A stretch of DNA of 53,122 nucleotides from Anaerolineales bacterium (lineage in GTDB: Bacteria; Chloroflexota; Anaerolineae; Anaerolineales; UBA11858), in contig JAGXKM010000001.1 in assembly GCA_018335275.1 (NCBI GenBank), forward strand, positions 74,154-127,275. Direction: 5' to 3'. The position numbers were made by a program, and so were the translations under genes. The notes beneath the pieces were generated by a model. It searched no databases. It was not told the DNA's origin and saw only the letters and a program-made list of their open reading frames with translations. Each line of letters begins with the position of its first letter. The stretch's first letter is position 1. Shown piece after piece: positions 10,081 through 20,480 of this stretch.

Positions 10081-10260
10081 TTACACTTTCGTCAGGGTCC
10101 GAATACAACGAGTGCATAAAGTTTTCCGAACCTTTTTTCCATCTTCGTACACCGTTACTTTCTGCAGATTCGGTTTAAACTTACGTTTTGTCGCTTTTTT
10201 CGACCAAGGACGATTTTGTCCAAATTGTGTGGTTTTTCCACAATGCTCGCATTTAGCCAT
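10081..10260 (-). CDS. rpmB: 50S ribosomal protein L28 (Zn-binding form, 59 aa; not in ORF track)
   Basis: Hand translation: [59 protein letters not shown]. Position between rpe and yloU is canonical. Confidence 0.96.
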   Translation of the reverse strand: MAKCEHCGKTTQFGQNRPWSKKATKRKFKPNLQKVTVYEDGKKVRKTLCTRCIRTLTKV

Positions 10261-10340
10261 TCGTATATCCTCACAGTACCGATGAGAAAACTAATTTCCA
10301 GTTACACAAGAATAAAACTTTTCTATCTCAAGCAAAATAT

Positions 10341-10371
10341 ATTATAACAAACATGATTTTCATTTCGTCAA
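10341..10371 (-). promoter_or_regulatory. Sigma70-type promoter of rpmB
   Basis: Minus strand TTGACG-N19-TATAAT with a TGn extended -10. Confidence 0.6.
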
Positions 10372-10505
10372 GCCCGCCCATCATACCATAAATAGAATCT
10401 TCTATCAAGAACTACCTCCGCCAAGTCGTGTTATCATCCATGGATAGGGGGTAGAATACAGATAAGTTATGATATAGTTCACATCCTAAGGATGGAGAAA
10501 AGTGT

Positions 10506-10862
10506 ATGAACAATCAAACGACAGACCTTGGTGAGATCCACATTACCCCGCAAGCGATCGCATCCATCGCTTACCAGGCAGTTCAACGCTCTTACGGTGT
10601 CGTCGGTTTAGCTTCTAAAAACATCGCTGACGGTTTGGCACATGCTCTGGTCCACGACCCCACACATGGTATTGATGTGGAGTATAAGGACAAGCTGATT
10701 AACATCGACATTTACATCATCATTGAGTACGGTACACGGATCAAATCCGTCGCAGCCAGCGTTGCCAACACGGTTCGATATCAAGTTGAAAAATCACTGG
10801 GGCTGCCCGTAAATGAAATCAATGTCCATGTGCAAGGTTTGAGGATCAGCAATCACGGATGA
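10506..10862 (+). CDS. Asp23/Gls24 family protein (YloU-like)
   Basis: GEIHIT..AIA.IA...YGVVG...IIIEYG..I..VA..V...V...VE...G....EINVHVQG; lies upstream of DAK2. Confidence 0.92.
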   Translation: MNNQTTDLGEIHITPQAIASIAYQAVQRSYGVVGLASKNIADGLAHALVHDPTHGIDVEYKDKLINIDIYIIIEYGTRIKSVAASVANTVRYQVEKSLGLPVNEINVHVQGLRISNHG

Positions 10863-10908
10863 CCCCAGAAGGGAAGATCACGGCAAGGTAAATCAGGAGC
10901 GTTTTTAA

Positions 10909-12570
10909 ATGCAGAATGAGAGTTCGGATCATACACACCAATATATCGATGGAGCTTATTTCAAACAACTCATGTCAGCTGCCTTGACGTGGTTAAGGAC
11001 AAATCAGGAAACCGTCAATGCATTAAACGTTTTTCCCGTTCCGGATGGAGATACGGGTACAAACATGGTACTCACCATGCAGGCCGCTCACGATGAGATC
11101 AGCACCGCAAGCGAGACAAAGGTTGGAGCACTTGCCCAGAAGCTAGCTCACGGCGCCCTGATGGGGGCCCGGGGAAATTCCGGGGTGATCCTATCTCAGA
11201 TTTGGCGCGGTTTCGCTAAAGCCATTGACAAGGCTGATGTTCTGGACGCACCACATCTCGTAAAAGGCTTGGTCCAAGCCAAAGAGACCGCTTATAAGGG
11301 TGTGGTCAGGCCGGTAGAGGGAACGATCCTTACCGTATGTAAAGATATGGCAAAAGCTGCGCAAAATGCGCTTGATGAAACCAATAACCCCTTTGATATT
11401 CTGGAAATTGTCAAAGACGCGGCTCATGAATCAGTAGAAAAGACACCGGAGTTACTGGATGTCCTAAAGGAAGCCGGGGTCGTAGATGCCGGAGGAAAAG
11501 GGCTGTTCTACATATTTGAAGGGATGATCCGCTTCATGAATAAGGAGCCGCTGGACGTTGAACCCGTCCATGTGCAGTCGCTATCAGCAATTGGCCGGGA
11601 AGAAGCCCGACTCGCATCGGAGCCGGGGCAGGATTATGAAGTTGTCGTTGATTTCCGCCCTGATCAAGATTTAGAATTGAGCGAATTTTACGACAAACTG
11701 GAAGAAATTGGGACATCCATTCAGGTAGGTGAAGGGGATGGACTCTACCGCATGCATATTCATGTCCCTACAGATAAACGCTACGAACCTATCGAATATA
11801 CCATGTCTCTGGGCACGGTCTCAAAGGTTCAAATTGAAAATCTGATGGAACAGGTCGAAGGTCGGACAGCGAAAGAAGATGAGGAGGGTATCAAGCTACC
11901 CTCAGTTGAACCTGGGGAGATTGCTGTGGTCACGGTATCTCCTGGGATTGGATTTTCAAGAATTTTCGCCAGTTTAGGGGCTTCCGCCATCATAAAAGGG
12001 GGGCAAACCATGAATCCCAGCACGCAGGAGATCCTCTCTGCTTTTGAAAATTTGCCCACAAATTCCGTGATCATCCTCCCCAACAATAAAAATATCCTTA
12101 TGGCAGCAAAATCCGCTGCCAAAATGACGGTGAAAGACGCGGTGGTCGTCCCAACCCGAACTCTGCCTGAAGGACTGTCCGCCATGTTGCGGCTCATGCC
12201 CGGGCACGAATTGGATGAGGTGGTTGAGGAAATGAAATCAGCCATAGAAGATGTCAGAACGGGAGAAATCACTACCGCTGTGCGGAGTGTGGAAATCAAC
12301 GGACAACATATATCCGAAGGAGAAATCATTACCCTTTACGATGATGAGTTGATCACCTCCACAGAGAGCCTTGAAGAAGGCTGCTTGCGGTTTCTGGAGG
12401 AAGCGGATGCTGAATCCTTTGAATTGATCACGTTGTACTACGGGGAAAATATCTCGAAACAACGGGCCATTGAGATTGCAGACCTGATCCGTGAAAATTT
12501 CCCCGATCAAATAATTGAACTCCAATTTGGTGGACAGCCTCATTACCAATTCATCCTTTCCGTTGAGTAA
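10909..12570 (+). CDS. fakA: DAK2-domain fatty acid kinase catalytic subunit (YloV/FakA)
   Basis: NALNVFPVPDGDTGTNM, GARGNSGVILSQ, EGTILTV, VVDAGG, GGQTMNPS, GGQPHY. Confidence 0.93.
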   Translation: MQNESSDHTHQYIDGAYFKQLMSAALTWLRTNQETVNALNVFPVPDGDTGTNMVLTMQAAHDEISTASETKVGALAQKLAHGALMGARGNSGVILSQIWRGFAKAIDKADVLDAPHLVKGLVQAKETAYKGVVRPVEGTILTVCKDMAKAAQNALDETNNPFDILEIVKDAAHESVEKTPELLDVLKEAGVVDAGGKGLFYIFEGMIRFMNKEPLDVEPVHVQSLSAIGREEARLASEPGQDYEVVVDFRPDQDLELSEFYDKLEEIGTSIQVGEGDGLYRMHIHVPTDKRYEPIEYTMSLGTVSKVQIENLMEQVEGRTAKEDEEGIKLPSVEPGEIAVVTVSPGIGFSRIFASLGASAIIKGGQTMNPSTQEILSAFENLPTNSVIILPNNKNILMAAKSAAKMTVKDAVVVPTRTLPEGLSAMLRLMPGHELDEVVEEMKSAIEDVRTGEITTAVRSVEINGQHISEGEIITLYDDELITSTESLEEGCLRFLEEADAESFELITLYYGENISKQRAIEIADLIRENFPDQIIELQFGGQPHYQFILSVE

Positions 12571-12689
12571 AGAAAAATTGATCACCTTTTTGATTGTGTC
12601 TGGAATCCCCAAAAATATCCCCATCACAGACACGCACTTCTTACGGAACTCCCTTCATTCCCTTTCACTGCATTGAAAAGGATCTTACT

Positions 12690-13520
12690 TTGCCGCTTGC
12701 CATCGTCACTGACAGCACGTCAGACCTCCCCCAACATATTAGAGAGAAATACAATATCTATCAAATCCCCGCCCTGATCATCATTAACGGTGAAATGGCT
12801 CATGATGGAGTGGATATTTCACGAGAAAAATATTATCAAAAACTGCCCTATTTTGATCAGTTGCCCACCACTTCTTCCCCTTCCTCTGGAGAATTTCAGG
12901 CTCTTTTCAAGAAAATCCTATCGGAAGGGTATTCTGAAATCCTCTCGATACATGTGGCCAGTGAACTGAGCGGCATATACAACGCCGCCCGTTTAGCTGC
13001 AGAAGAATTTGGCCCTCAAGTAAAAACCTTCGATTCCAGACAGATATCCCTTGGATTGGGTTTCCAGGCCCTGGAAGCTGCGAAAGCAGCCCGAAATAAC
13101 TCGACCATCAAGGAGGTGATCGCTCTGCTTAAAGCCCTGCAGGAAAAAATTTATGTTTATGCCATGCTGGACACTGTAAACTATATTTTGAGAAGTGGAA
13201 GAATCCCGTGGGCAAAAGCCAAATTGGGCGCACTTCTCAACCTGAGACCATTGATACAATTAAAGAACGGACAGGTCTTCAACACCGGGATTTCCCGGAC
13301 AAGGAAGCGAGCCATTTCCCGTTTACATCAAAAAATACAAGAACTCGGGGCATTAGAATATCTTGCCGTGCTTCACACAAACGCTGAAAAAGAAGGAAAA
13401 GAATTTTTAGCCTGCTATGATCATAGTTTGCCGCACCCCCCTTTCTTGGTCCATGTGACGACAAGTATTGGGACGCATGTGGGACCAAAGGGGATAGGAT
13501 TCGCAGCAGTGGTAAAATAA
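12690..13520 (+). CDS. DegV family fatty-acid-binding protein (FakB-like)
   Basis: IVTDSTSDL, TTSSPS, SELSG, DSRQIS.GLG, SGRI, THVGP; TTG at 12690 after AAGGA. Confidence 0.92.
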   Translation: MPLAIVTDSTSDLPQHIREKYNIYQIPALIIINGEMAHDGVDISREKYYQKLPYFDQLPTTSSPSSGEFQALFKKILSEGYSEILSIHVASELSGIYNAARLAAEEFGPQVKTFDSRQISLGLGFQALEAAKAARNNSTIKEVIALLKALQEKIYVYAMLDTVNYILRSGRIPWAKAKLGALLNLRPLIQLKNGQVFNTGISRTRKRAISRLHQKIQELGALEYLAVLHTNAEKEGKEFLACYDHSLPHPPFLVHVTTSIGTHVGPKGIGFAAVVK

Positions 13521-13526
13521 AAGACA

Positions 13527-16004
13527 ATGAAAAAATCCATCGCAAAATTACGGAAGTTTTTTAGACTAGAAGCAAAACGCGGTTACGACAATAAAGCGGT
13601 CATGGGGGGGTTGGCCAACATTTTATCCTCTTGGGAAGGAGAAGCCCGCGAGGAAGGGCTTCCAGAACGCCTTATTCAGGCGGTTGGCAGTCGTTTGCGC
13701 GATTATCACCAACTCAGTCAAGAATCCCGAAAAACCGCCCTCAATGGAATCTGGCAAAGGGTTCAAAAAACGACTGGGGCGGGGCGCAAATCGGAAAGTT
13801 TACTCTCTCCTCAACCTGAAGTGGAAGAGGTTCAGGAAAAAGACCCTCCCAATCAGGGGGCATCAAAGGTCGCGGACCGGGTTCCTTCCTATGGCAAACC
13901 CGATTCTCAATCCTCTCAAAAAGCTGAGCTGAGCATCGATCTACAAGCCTCCGTAACGGAGATCAAAGGCATTGGTCCTAAAAGATCTCAGGCATTGGAG
14001 CGCCTGGGGGTTCACTCAATCAGCGACCTGATACATTTATTCCCCCGGCGGTATGATGACTATTCGAAACTAAAGACCATTGACAAGCTTCAGTACGGCG
14101 AAGATGTGACGGTCATCGGATCTGTAAAAGATGTCTCAACCCGCACCGTTCGAGGTGGGAAAATGAAGATCGTGGAAGCGGTGATCAGCGACAAAAGCGG
14201 CTCCCTCCGAGTGACTTGGTTCAATCAACCCTGGATCGCCAAACAACTTTCGCGAACTCGTCAAGTGGTCCTTTCCGGGGAAATCGAACAATATCTGGGT
14301 CGATTGACCATGAACAGCCCCGATTGGGAACCGCTCAACGCGGATCTCCTCCATACAAATCGGATCGTGCCTGTCTATCCCCTGACCAAGGATATTTCAC
14401 AAAAGTGGCTGCGGAAAAAAATCTACAAATCAGTGCAAACCCTCAGCCCATTGATCGGGGACCCTTTACCAAAAGGTTTGCGGAAAGAAGCGGCGGTCGT
14501 TGATACCACAACCGCCATTAAAAACATCCATTTTCCAATCTCCGAGCAGGCGCTGCAGGCCGCAAAAGAACGTTTAGCATTCGACGAGATTTTCATGCTC
14601 CAAATGGGCGTCCTGCGCCAAAAAAAGGCCTGGGAAAGCAGAGAAGGCCGGATCTTCACCGTCTCAGATGAATGGATCAGGAAACAGCTGGCAGAGCTGC
14701 CTTACCAACTTACGGGGGCCCAAGAAAAAGCATTAGAACACATCCGGGAGGACCTCGCCTCCGGTGTGCCGATGAACCGTTTATTACAAGGGGATGTTGG
14801 ATCGGGGAAAACCGTATTGGCTGCCCTGGCTATGCTCATCATCACCTTCCAGGGCGCGCAGGCTGCTCTAATGGCCCCAACCAGCATTCTTGCGGAACAA
14901 CATCTACAAAGTTTGAAGAGAATTTTACTTTCCGAAGGCAGCCCTCTGGACGAGGAGGAGGTCCGATTACTGATCGGTTCCACTCCAGAGAACGAGAAGA
15001 ATTCCATCAGAGAGGGTTTGGAAAGCGGGAGGATCAAAGTCGTCATTGGCACTCACGCGCTGCTAGAGGAGCCTGTAAACTTCATGGATCTCCAACTCGC
15101 GGTGATCGATGAACAGCATCGCTTCGGGGTGGAGCAGCGGGGGACCCTGCGCAACAAAGGTGAAAATCCGCACCTCATGGTCATGACCGCCACCCCCATA
15201 CCCAGGTCCTTAGCGCTGACCATTTACGGCGATCTGGATATTTCTGTAATTGACGAGATGCCTCCTGGCCGACAACCAGTTGAAACGCACGTCCTCTATC
15301 CTCAAGAGCGGGAAAGGGCGTATACCTTGATTAGAAGTCAATTGGAAGAAGGGAATCAGGCCTTCATCATCTATCCCCTGGTTGAGGAGAGCGACAAAAG
15401 TAATCAGAAAGCTGCCGTGGAAGAACACGCTCGGTTATCTGAAGATGTATTCCCCAATTCTCAAGTCGGTCTTCTTCACGGCCAACTGCCCCCTCATCAA
15501 AAAGAAGAGGTTATGGAGCGCTTTCGTAAGCAGGAAATCCAAATCCTGGTTTCTACATCCGTTGTGGAAGTCGGGGTGGATATCCCAAACGCCACCATCA
15601 TGGTCATAGAAGGCGCCCACCGCTTTGGCTTAGCTCAACTCCATCAATTACGGGGTCGTGTGGGACGGGGCGAGGAAAAAGCTTTCTGCCTCTTGATACC
15701 CGGAAGCGAGAAGGGCATTGAAAACGAAAGGTTGAAAGCCATGGCAAAAACCAACGATGGTTTCAAACTCGCTGAACGAGACTTGGAACAGCGCGGCCCC
15801 GGACAATTCTTAGGCACCAGGCAGTCCGGATATTCGGAATTGAATATGGCAAAGATCACAGACCTGGCCTTGATCGAAAAAGCACGCCGCTTTGCGGAAA
15901 AGGTATTCCAAGAAGACCCCCATCTGTCCCAAGAAAAACACCGGCGATTGAAAAAAGCGATGGCAAAGTTCTGGGCAGAGGAAACCATGGCAGATATCAG
16001 TTAA
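13527..16004 (+). CDS. recG: ATP-dependent DNA helicase RecG
   Basis: RLLQGDVGSGKT, MAPT, IGTHAL, DEQHRFG, MTATPIPR, EVGVD, QLRGRVGRG, GTRQSG. Confidence 0.98.
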   Translation: MKKSIAKLRKFFRLEAKRGYDNKAVMGGLANILSSWEGEAREEGLPERLIQAVGSRLRDYHQLSQESRKTALNGIWQRVQKTTGAGRKSESLLSPQPEVEEVQEKDPPNQGASKVADRVPSYGKPDSQSSQKAELSIDLQASVTEIKGIGPKRSQALERLGVHSISDLIHLFPRRYDDYSKLKTIDKLQYGEDVTVIGSVKDVSTRTVRGGKMKIVEAVISDKSGSLRVTWFNQPWIAKQLSRTRQVVLSGEIEQYLGRLTMNSPDWEPLNADLLHTNRIVPVYPLTKDISQKWLRKKIYKSVQTLSPLIGDPLPKGLRKEAAVVDTTTAIKNIHFPISEQALQAAKERLAFDEIFMLQMGVLRQKKAWESREGRIFTVSDEWIRKQLAELPYQLTGAQEKALEHIREDLASGVPMNRLLQGDVGSGKTVLAALAMLIITFQGAQAALMAPTSILAEQHLQSLKRILLSEGSPLDEEEVRLLIGSTPENEKNSIREGLESGRIKVVIGTHALLEEPVNFMDLQLAVIDEQHRFGVEQRGTLRNKGENPHLMVMTATPIPRSLALTIYGDLDISVIDEMPPGRQPVETHVLYPQERERAYTLIRSQLEEGNQAFIIYPLVEESDKSNQKAAVEEHARLSEDVFPNSQVGLLHGQLPPHQKEEVMERFRKQEIQILVSTSVVEVGVDIPNATIMVIEGAHRFGLAQLHQLRGRVGRGEEKAFCLLIPGSEKGIENERLKAMAKTNDGFKLAERDLEQRGPGQFLGTRQSGYSELNMAKITDLALIEKARRFAEKVFQEDPHLSQEKHRRLKKAMAKFWAEETMADIS

Positions 16005-16045
16005 TCACCTTTTTGAAAAAAGGGTTCGTCCAAACGGAGATCATC

Positions 16046-16570
16046 ATGATCAGAGCAGTGTTTCCAGGTACATTTGACCCCGTTCATTATGGCCATATCG
16101 ACATAGCCAAACGAGCTGCGCGCTTATTTGATGAAGTTGTCGTTGCGGTTTACGACCAACCTCTAAAAAGGCTGCTTTTCTCCCCCCAAGAGAGGATCGA
16201 GCTTGTGGAAAAATCCCTGAATTCGACAGAAAACTTAAAAGTCAGTGGATACAGTGGGTTGACTGTCGATTTCTGCCACGAAATTGACGCCCAGGTGATT
16301 GTCAGAGGGCTGCGGGTTTTCTCGGACTTTGAATATGAATTCAGGATGGCCCTAACCAATGAACGACTGGCCCCCGATATTGAAGTCGTGGCTTTCATTA
16401 CCAATAAGGACCACACCTTTCTCAGCGGCTCTACCGTCAGAGAAGTTGCCTCCTTAAATGGAGATGTCAGCTCCTTCGTACCGGAGATCGTGGAGAAAGC
16501 TCTTAAAAAACGATTTAAAGAACTTGGAAGCGATCAAAACATCGTCCCTCAAAGTTCCCTCAGAGACTGA
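16046..16570 (+). CDS. coaD: Pantetheine-phosphate adenylyltransferase
   Basis: FPGTFDPVHYGH, VRGLR..SDFEYE; ATG at 16046 after GGAG. Confidence 0.97.
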   Translation: MIRAVFPGTFDPVHYGHIDIAKRAARLFDEVVVAVYDQPLKRLLFSPQERIELVEKSLNSTENLKVSGYSGLTVDFCHEIDAQVIVRGLRVFSDFEYEFRMALTNERLAPDIEVVAFITNKDHTFLSGSTVREVASLNGDVSSFVPEIVEKALKKRFKELGSDQNIVPQSSLRD

Positions 16571-16633
16571 GGTGATTGATTAGTACCGATTCATGATATA
16601 CTTAGGTAACAAAAAAATTGGGGAGGACGCATC

Positions 16634-17104
16634 ATGGATATCCTTCATCTCGTCGACCGCCTAGAAGAACTATTCAACCGCAGCAGATCTATCCCATTCA
16701 CGCATAACGTCATCGTGGATGAAGATAAGATGCTGGATATCATCGATCAAATGCGGGTTGCTATCCCCGAAGAAGTTAAAAAATCTCAACAAGTTCTATC
16801 CCAAAGAGACCGCATCATCGCTCAGGCCAAGGAAGAAGCCAACCGGACGATTAACCTTGCCCAAGAGAAAAGTGAACAAAAAATTGACAGGGACAGCATC
16901 GTCCAGGAAGCAAGAAAAAAAGCCCAACAAATCAAAAAGGAAGCGGAAGTTCAAGCCACAGCGACTCGAGAAGACGCGGACGAGTACGTCGCGGAAACCC
17001 TGACGAACCTGGAAATTGCCTTAGAAAGGGTGATAAATCAAGTACGGAACGGGATCAATATTTTAGAAGAAGAACAAGTGGTAACCCAAGAAGAGCAAGA
17101 TTAA
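16634..17104 (+). CDS. Coiled-coil protein downstream of coaD (DivIVA/SepIVA- or ATPase-subunit-like)
   Basis: D.LE....IP.....VD...LD.I...R..IPEE pattern followed by A..EA repeats; GGAGG RBS. Confidence 0.75.
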   Translation: MDILHLVDRLEELFNRSRSIPFTHNVIVDEDKMLDIIDQMRVAIPEEVKKSQQVLSQRDRIIAQAKEEANRTINLAQEKSEQKIDRDSIVQEARKKAQQIKKEAEVQATATREDADEYVAETLTNLEIALERVINQVRNGINILEEEQVVTQEEQD

Positions 17105-17133
17105 TCATTGGCTCTATGCAGGTGATCCTTTCT

Positions 17134-17164
17134 TGCCCGGGTATTATCCCGGGCATATTCTTTT
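17134..17164. terminator. Hairpin terminator between convergent genes
   Basis: TGCCCGGG-tattat-CCCGGGCA followed by tattctttt. Confidence 0.65.
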
Positions 17165-17981
17165 AACGGCGTTCCCCCCATATCATGGAGGAATCTTCTC
17201 CCCGTTTGAAAAATCTAGAGAAAACCCAGTCTCCCAAGCGGGGAAAGAGCATGTTTCCCCAAACAGCGACCCATATCGGCCAGGGGAGAATGATCCGGCG
17301 TTTCTTGGTCTTTATCAGGCGATAGATCGCTTGAGCCACGTCCTCCGCCTCCAACAGCATCCAGGAAGGAGTCGTTTTCTCCGTCTCCCAGCTTACACCG
17401 GCATGTTGGTCGAATTCGGTAGCCACAGGTCCGGGGTAAATCATACCCACATGAATACCTTGATTTTGAACTTCTCTCCGCAGGCTCTCTGAAAACCCTT
17501 TTACGCCAAATTTTGACGCGGTGTAGATAGAATACGTCGGCGGAGCAACCCAAGCAGCAGCCGAGGAAACTGTGATAATTTGACCTTGACCGCAATCCAA
17601 CATGGTGGGTAAAACCAGGCGGGTGACATGGATGGTTCCAGTGAGATTGACCGCAATCTGGTAGCTGATATCCCGAAGAGGATCAAGCTCATCTAACCAC
17701 TGCAGTCGACCCATCCCCGCATTATTGATCAAGATACCAATGTTCCCATACTTCTCCCCCACCTGATGGACCATATCCTTTACCTGAGGCAACTTGGAAA
17801 TATCCGCTTGAAACGAGGATGCAGTCCCACCCTCTGAACGGATCTCCTCCACCAAGGCTTTCAAACGCTCAATTCTCCGGGCGGTCAAAGCCAGGCGAAA
17901 ACCCCTGCGGCCCAGAAGCCTGGCCGTCTCTGCGCCAATCCCTGAAGAAGCGCCGGTGATCAGAACCACGGGTTTTGACAC
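17163..17981 (-). CDS. Short-chain dehydrogenase/reductase
   Basis: ITGASSGIG, INNAG, YTASK. Confidence 0.95.
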   Translation of the reverse strand: MSKPVVLITGASSGIGAETARLLGRRGFRLALTARRIERLKALVEEIRSEGGTASSFQADISKLPQVKDMVHQVGEKYGNIGILINNAGMGRLQWLDELDPLRDISYQIAVNLTGTIHVTRLVLPTMLDCGQGQIITVSSAAAWVAPPTYSIYTASKFGVKGFSESLRREVQNQGIHVGMIYPGPVATEFDQHAGVSWETEKTTPSWMLLEAEDVAQAIYRLIKTKKRRIILPWPIWVAVWGNMLFPRLGDWVFSRFFKRGEDSSMIWGERR

Positions 17982-18133
17982 TAGTTCTCCTTAGTCCTTA
18001 TGGTTGCCAAGGACGATATACCCCTTTTCCTCATATCAACCCAATTTTACCAGAGCAATCCGAACCCAAGGAAGACCTGGCTATCTCCTCATTGATGAGA
18101 GTTGATTGCCAGCCATGTGTTCAAAGAGAAAAT

Positions 18134-18173
18134 AAAAAGTTCCTGCTGAAGTTTCCGCCGCAGGAACTTTTTT
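18134..18173. terminator. Bidirectional intrinsic terminator downstream of mogA
   Basis: AAAAAGTTCCTGC-N13-GCAGGAACTTTTT perfect 13-bp inverted repeat with A/T flanks. Confidence 0.75.
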
Positions 18174-18213
18174 ATGCCTTATCTTCCCCCTCTATGATTT
18201 CCTTGTTTTGGGA

Positions 18214-18726
18214 TCATTCCTGATTCAAATCGTGATGCCCTTTCTCCGCATCGGAATCCCCTCGGAGCAGAGCAACTGCATGAGGTAAAACGGGCAAGAC
18301 AACTTCCAGGTTTTCCACGGCAGCTTTGGGACTGCCCGGGAGGTTAATGATCAAAGTGGCTTTTCTGATCCCCGCTTCGGCCCGGGATAGCATGGCATGG
18401 GGAGTAATATCCATACTCACCGCCCGCATCGCTTCTGTTAACCCGGGAGCGGTACGTTCCACAACGGCCCTTGTCGCGTCAGGGGTGACATCGCGGGGAG
18501 CAAATCCAGTCCCTCCTGTGGATAAAATAACATCCACCCTTTCTTGATCTGACCAGGCCCGGAATATATCAGCGATCTTTTCCAAATCATCGGGGACGAT
18601 ATCCCTCTTGATCACGTCCCAACCTTCAAGGGAGACCCTTTCAGCCACAGCAGGGCCCGATACATCTTCCCTTTCCCCAGCAAATGAGCGGTCAGATACA
18701 GTCAAGACAGCAACCTGGAAGGACAC
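18214..18726 (-). CDS. mogA: Molybdopterin adenylyltransferase (MogA/MoaB family)
   Basis: LTVSDR, DVSGP, VPDD, STGGTG..PRDVTP, SRA.AG, INLPGSP. Confidence 0.9.
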   Translation of the reverse strand: MSFQVAVLTVSDRSFAGEREDVSGPAVAERVSLEGWDVIKRDIVPDDLEKIADIFRAWSDQERVDVILSTGGTGFAPRDVTPDATRAVVERTAPGLTEAMRAVSMDITPHAMLSRAEAGIRKATLIINLPGSPKAAVENLEVVLPVLPHAVALLRGDSDAEKGHHDLNQE

Positions 18727-18737
18727 CTTTTACCACC

Positions 18738-20480
18738 TTACCGGATGAGCTCTTCCCATTCCCCATGCACCCCATCGTCCGTAACCCCAAAATAATATCG
18801 ATATCCCTGCGGGGTGCGTTGAATGAGATCATAGCTATAATATTTTCCCCTTTTGTTGCGATCCAGAAGCCCGACATCCCCATTCCATTCCACATCCATG
18901 CGGTTGGGGTCCTTAGGCATTTGGGCATATTTGGAAATCGCGTAATGCCATAAACGGCGAGAGGACTTCAAGGTCACATTTTTGACCACATTTCCGTTCC
19001 GAAGGTCGCGAACCGTGTAGTACTTCTCACCGCCCCGTTGGGTGACAGAAACAATCTCCACCCCTGTTCGCGGGGGGTCTTCCGGTTCCGGCTCGTCGGA
19101 TACCATGCGATACACATCTTCTGACCCAGGAATGGGCAAGGGCGTGCCCTGGACTATAGTCGAAGGTTCCCTGGTTTCTTTTTTCCCCTGTAAAACCAAT
19201 TCCACGATTTCGTCCCTAACCGCCATCTCTGTCTCCGTCTCCGTACGCAAATAGACCTTATTATCATCCACAGCGTAAGGCGGATCTTCTCCACGCGGGA
19301 TCATGACCTGAATCACATTCTTATTACTTGTTTTATGGGATTCAAATTTGCAATCCAGCTCGGGTGTGATCCGCTTGCTGATTGCAGTTTTTAACTTTTG
19401 AATCGCCTGGTTGGGCTTGGAGATCCCCTCTACAGGTTTTTCGCTGTCCTCTGAAACACCGATATACAAGGTGCCTCCATTGGAGTTGGTGAAAGCACAA
19501 ACATCAGCGATGATGGAATACAGGTGTCCCCCGCGAACTGTCATCTTTTCATGGAAATCTTGAACAAACGTCACCCCTTCCCCGCGAGCATCTTGAATGA
19601 AATCATATGCGGGTTGGGAACCAGATCGGTGGGGTCGAGTTCTTGAAAAGTTGTTGCTCTCAAACAAATCTCTAAGGGCTTTATAGGAACGATCAGGCAG
19701 ACGAACGTCCGTGGCCCGGTCCCCTACCCCAAGTTTGTTTTGGTGCTCTGAGCTTTTTACCAACAAGTGAGCATCAGAACCTTGAATGCAGTGCATGCGC
19801 CGGGGGTACTCCGGTTTATTCCCACTGAAGAATGACGCTGTCGCATACCGACCTTGCTTTTCCAGGTCTGTGACCTCTAACGCCACCAGATTGGGATCTT
19901 GCGTATACGCTATTTTCGTTTGTCCTCCAAACGGGAAACGCCGCATGGCCACCCCGTTATTGGAATTGGCATGGGCAGCAATCGCCATCCCGCCTGCTTC
20001 ATTGATCAAGCGATAGGCCGTCAACACATCCACACTGGCTCCCACAGTGACAGATCCCTGATCCAGTTTTTCAGACGGGATGTTCATTTCCAACAGCAGG
20101 TGATCAATATCTCTAACAGGTTTATCCTCTGGAAAAATGGCCAAGATATGGAAACCAAAAGTAGCGGTAAATTCGAAACCCGGGAGCACCAAAACGCGCT
20201 TCAAGAGCCGTTGATACTCTTTCAGCCGGGTCTCCTCTTCCGGCAGCAGCCGATTCAGTTTTTTCAAAAGGTTCAGCTGATCAATCTCTTCCTTCATCCT
20301 TCGATAGCCAGCCACCGTATTGTGATCCGCGAAGGCGATCATATCTAAACCCCGTTTCGCGGCCTGCTTCAAAATGTCTAAATAACTTGCCTCTGGCTGT
20401 AAATAGTCGTCAGACGCAGGTGTATGTAAATGCAAATCCATTGTGTACCAAGTCATGTCAGAACTTTTTTTGTTACTCAC
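18738..20480 (-). CDS. PHP phosphoesterase + Schlafen/AlbA_2 domain + unknown C-terminal domain
   Basis: PHP ligands DLHLHT, ADHN, GFE, FH, AAH, GSDAH; AlbA_2 signature [18 protein letters not shown]...I.P...PY....VYLR. Confidence 0.85.
   Translation of the reverse strand: MSNKKSSDMTWYTMDLHLHTPASDDYLQPEASYLDILKQAAKRGLDMIAFADHNTVAGYRRMKEEIDQLNLLKKLNRLLPEEETRLKEYQRLLKRVLVLPGFEFTATFGFHILAIFPEDKPVRDIDHLLLEMNIPSEKLDQGSVTVGASVDVLTAYRLINEAGGMAIAAHANSNNGVAMRRFPFGGQTKIAYTQDPNLVALEVTDLEKQGRYATASFFSGNKPEYPRRMHCIQGSDAHLLVKSSEHQNKLGVGDRATDVRLPDRSYKALRDLFESNNFSRTRPHRSGSQPAYDFIQDARGEGVTFVQDFHEKMTVRGGHLYSIIADVCAFTNSNGGTLYIGVSEDSEKPVEGISKPNQAIQKLKTAISKRITPELDCKFESHKTSNKNVIQVMIPRGEDPPYAVDDNKVYLRTETETEMAVRDEIVELVLQGKKETREPSTIVQGTPLPIPGSEDVYRMVSDEPEPEDPPRTGVEIVSVTQRGGEKYYTVRDLRNGNVVKNVTLKSSRRLWHYAISKYAQMPKDPNRMDVEWNGDVGLLDRNKRGKYYSYDLIQRTPQGYRYYFGVTDDGVHGEWEELIR

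Noticed and set aside
18517-18525. DnaA box TGTGGATAA
   Set aside because: Single copy inside the mogA coding sequence; expected by chance.
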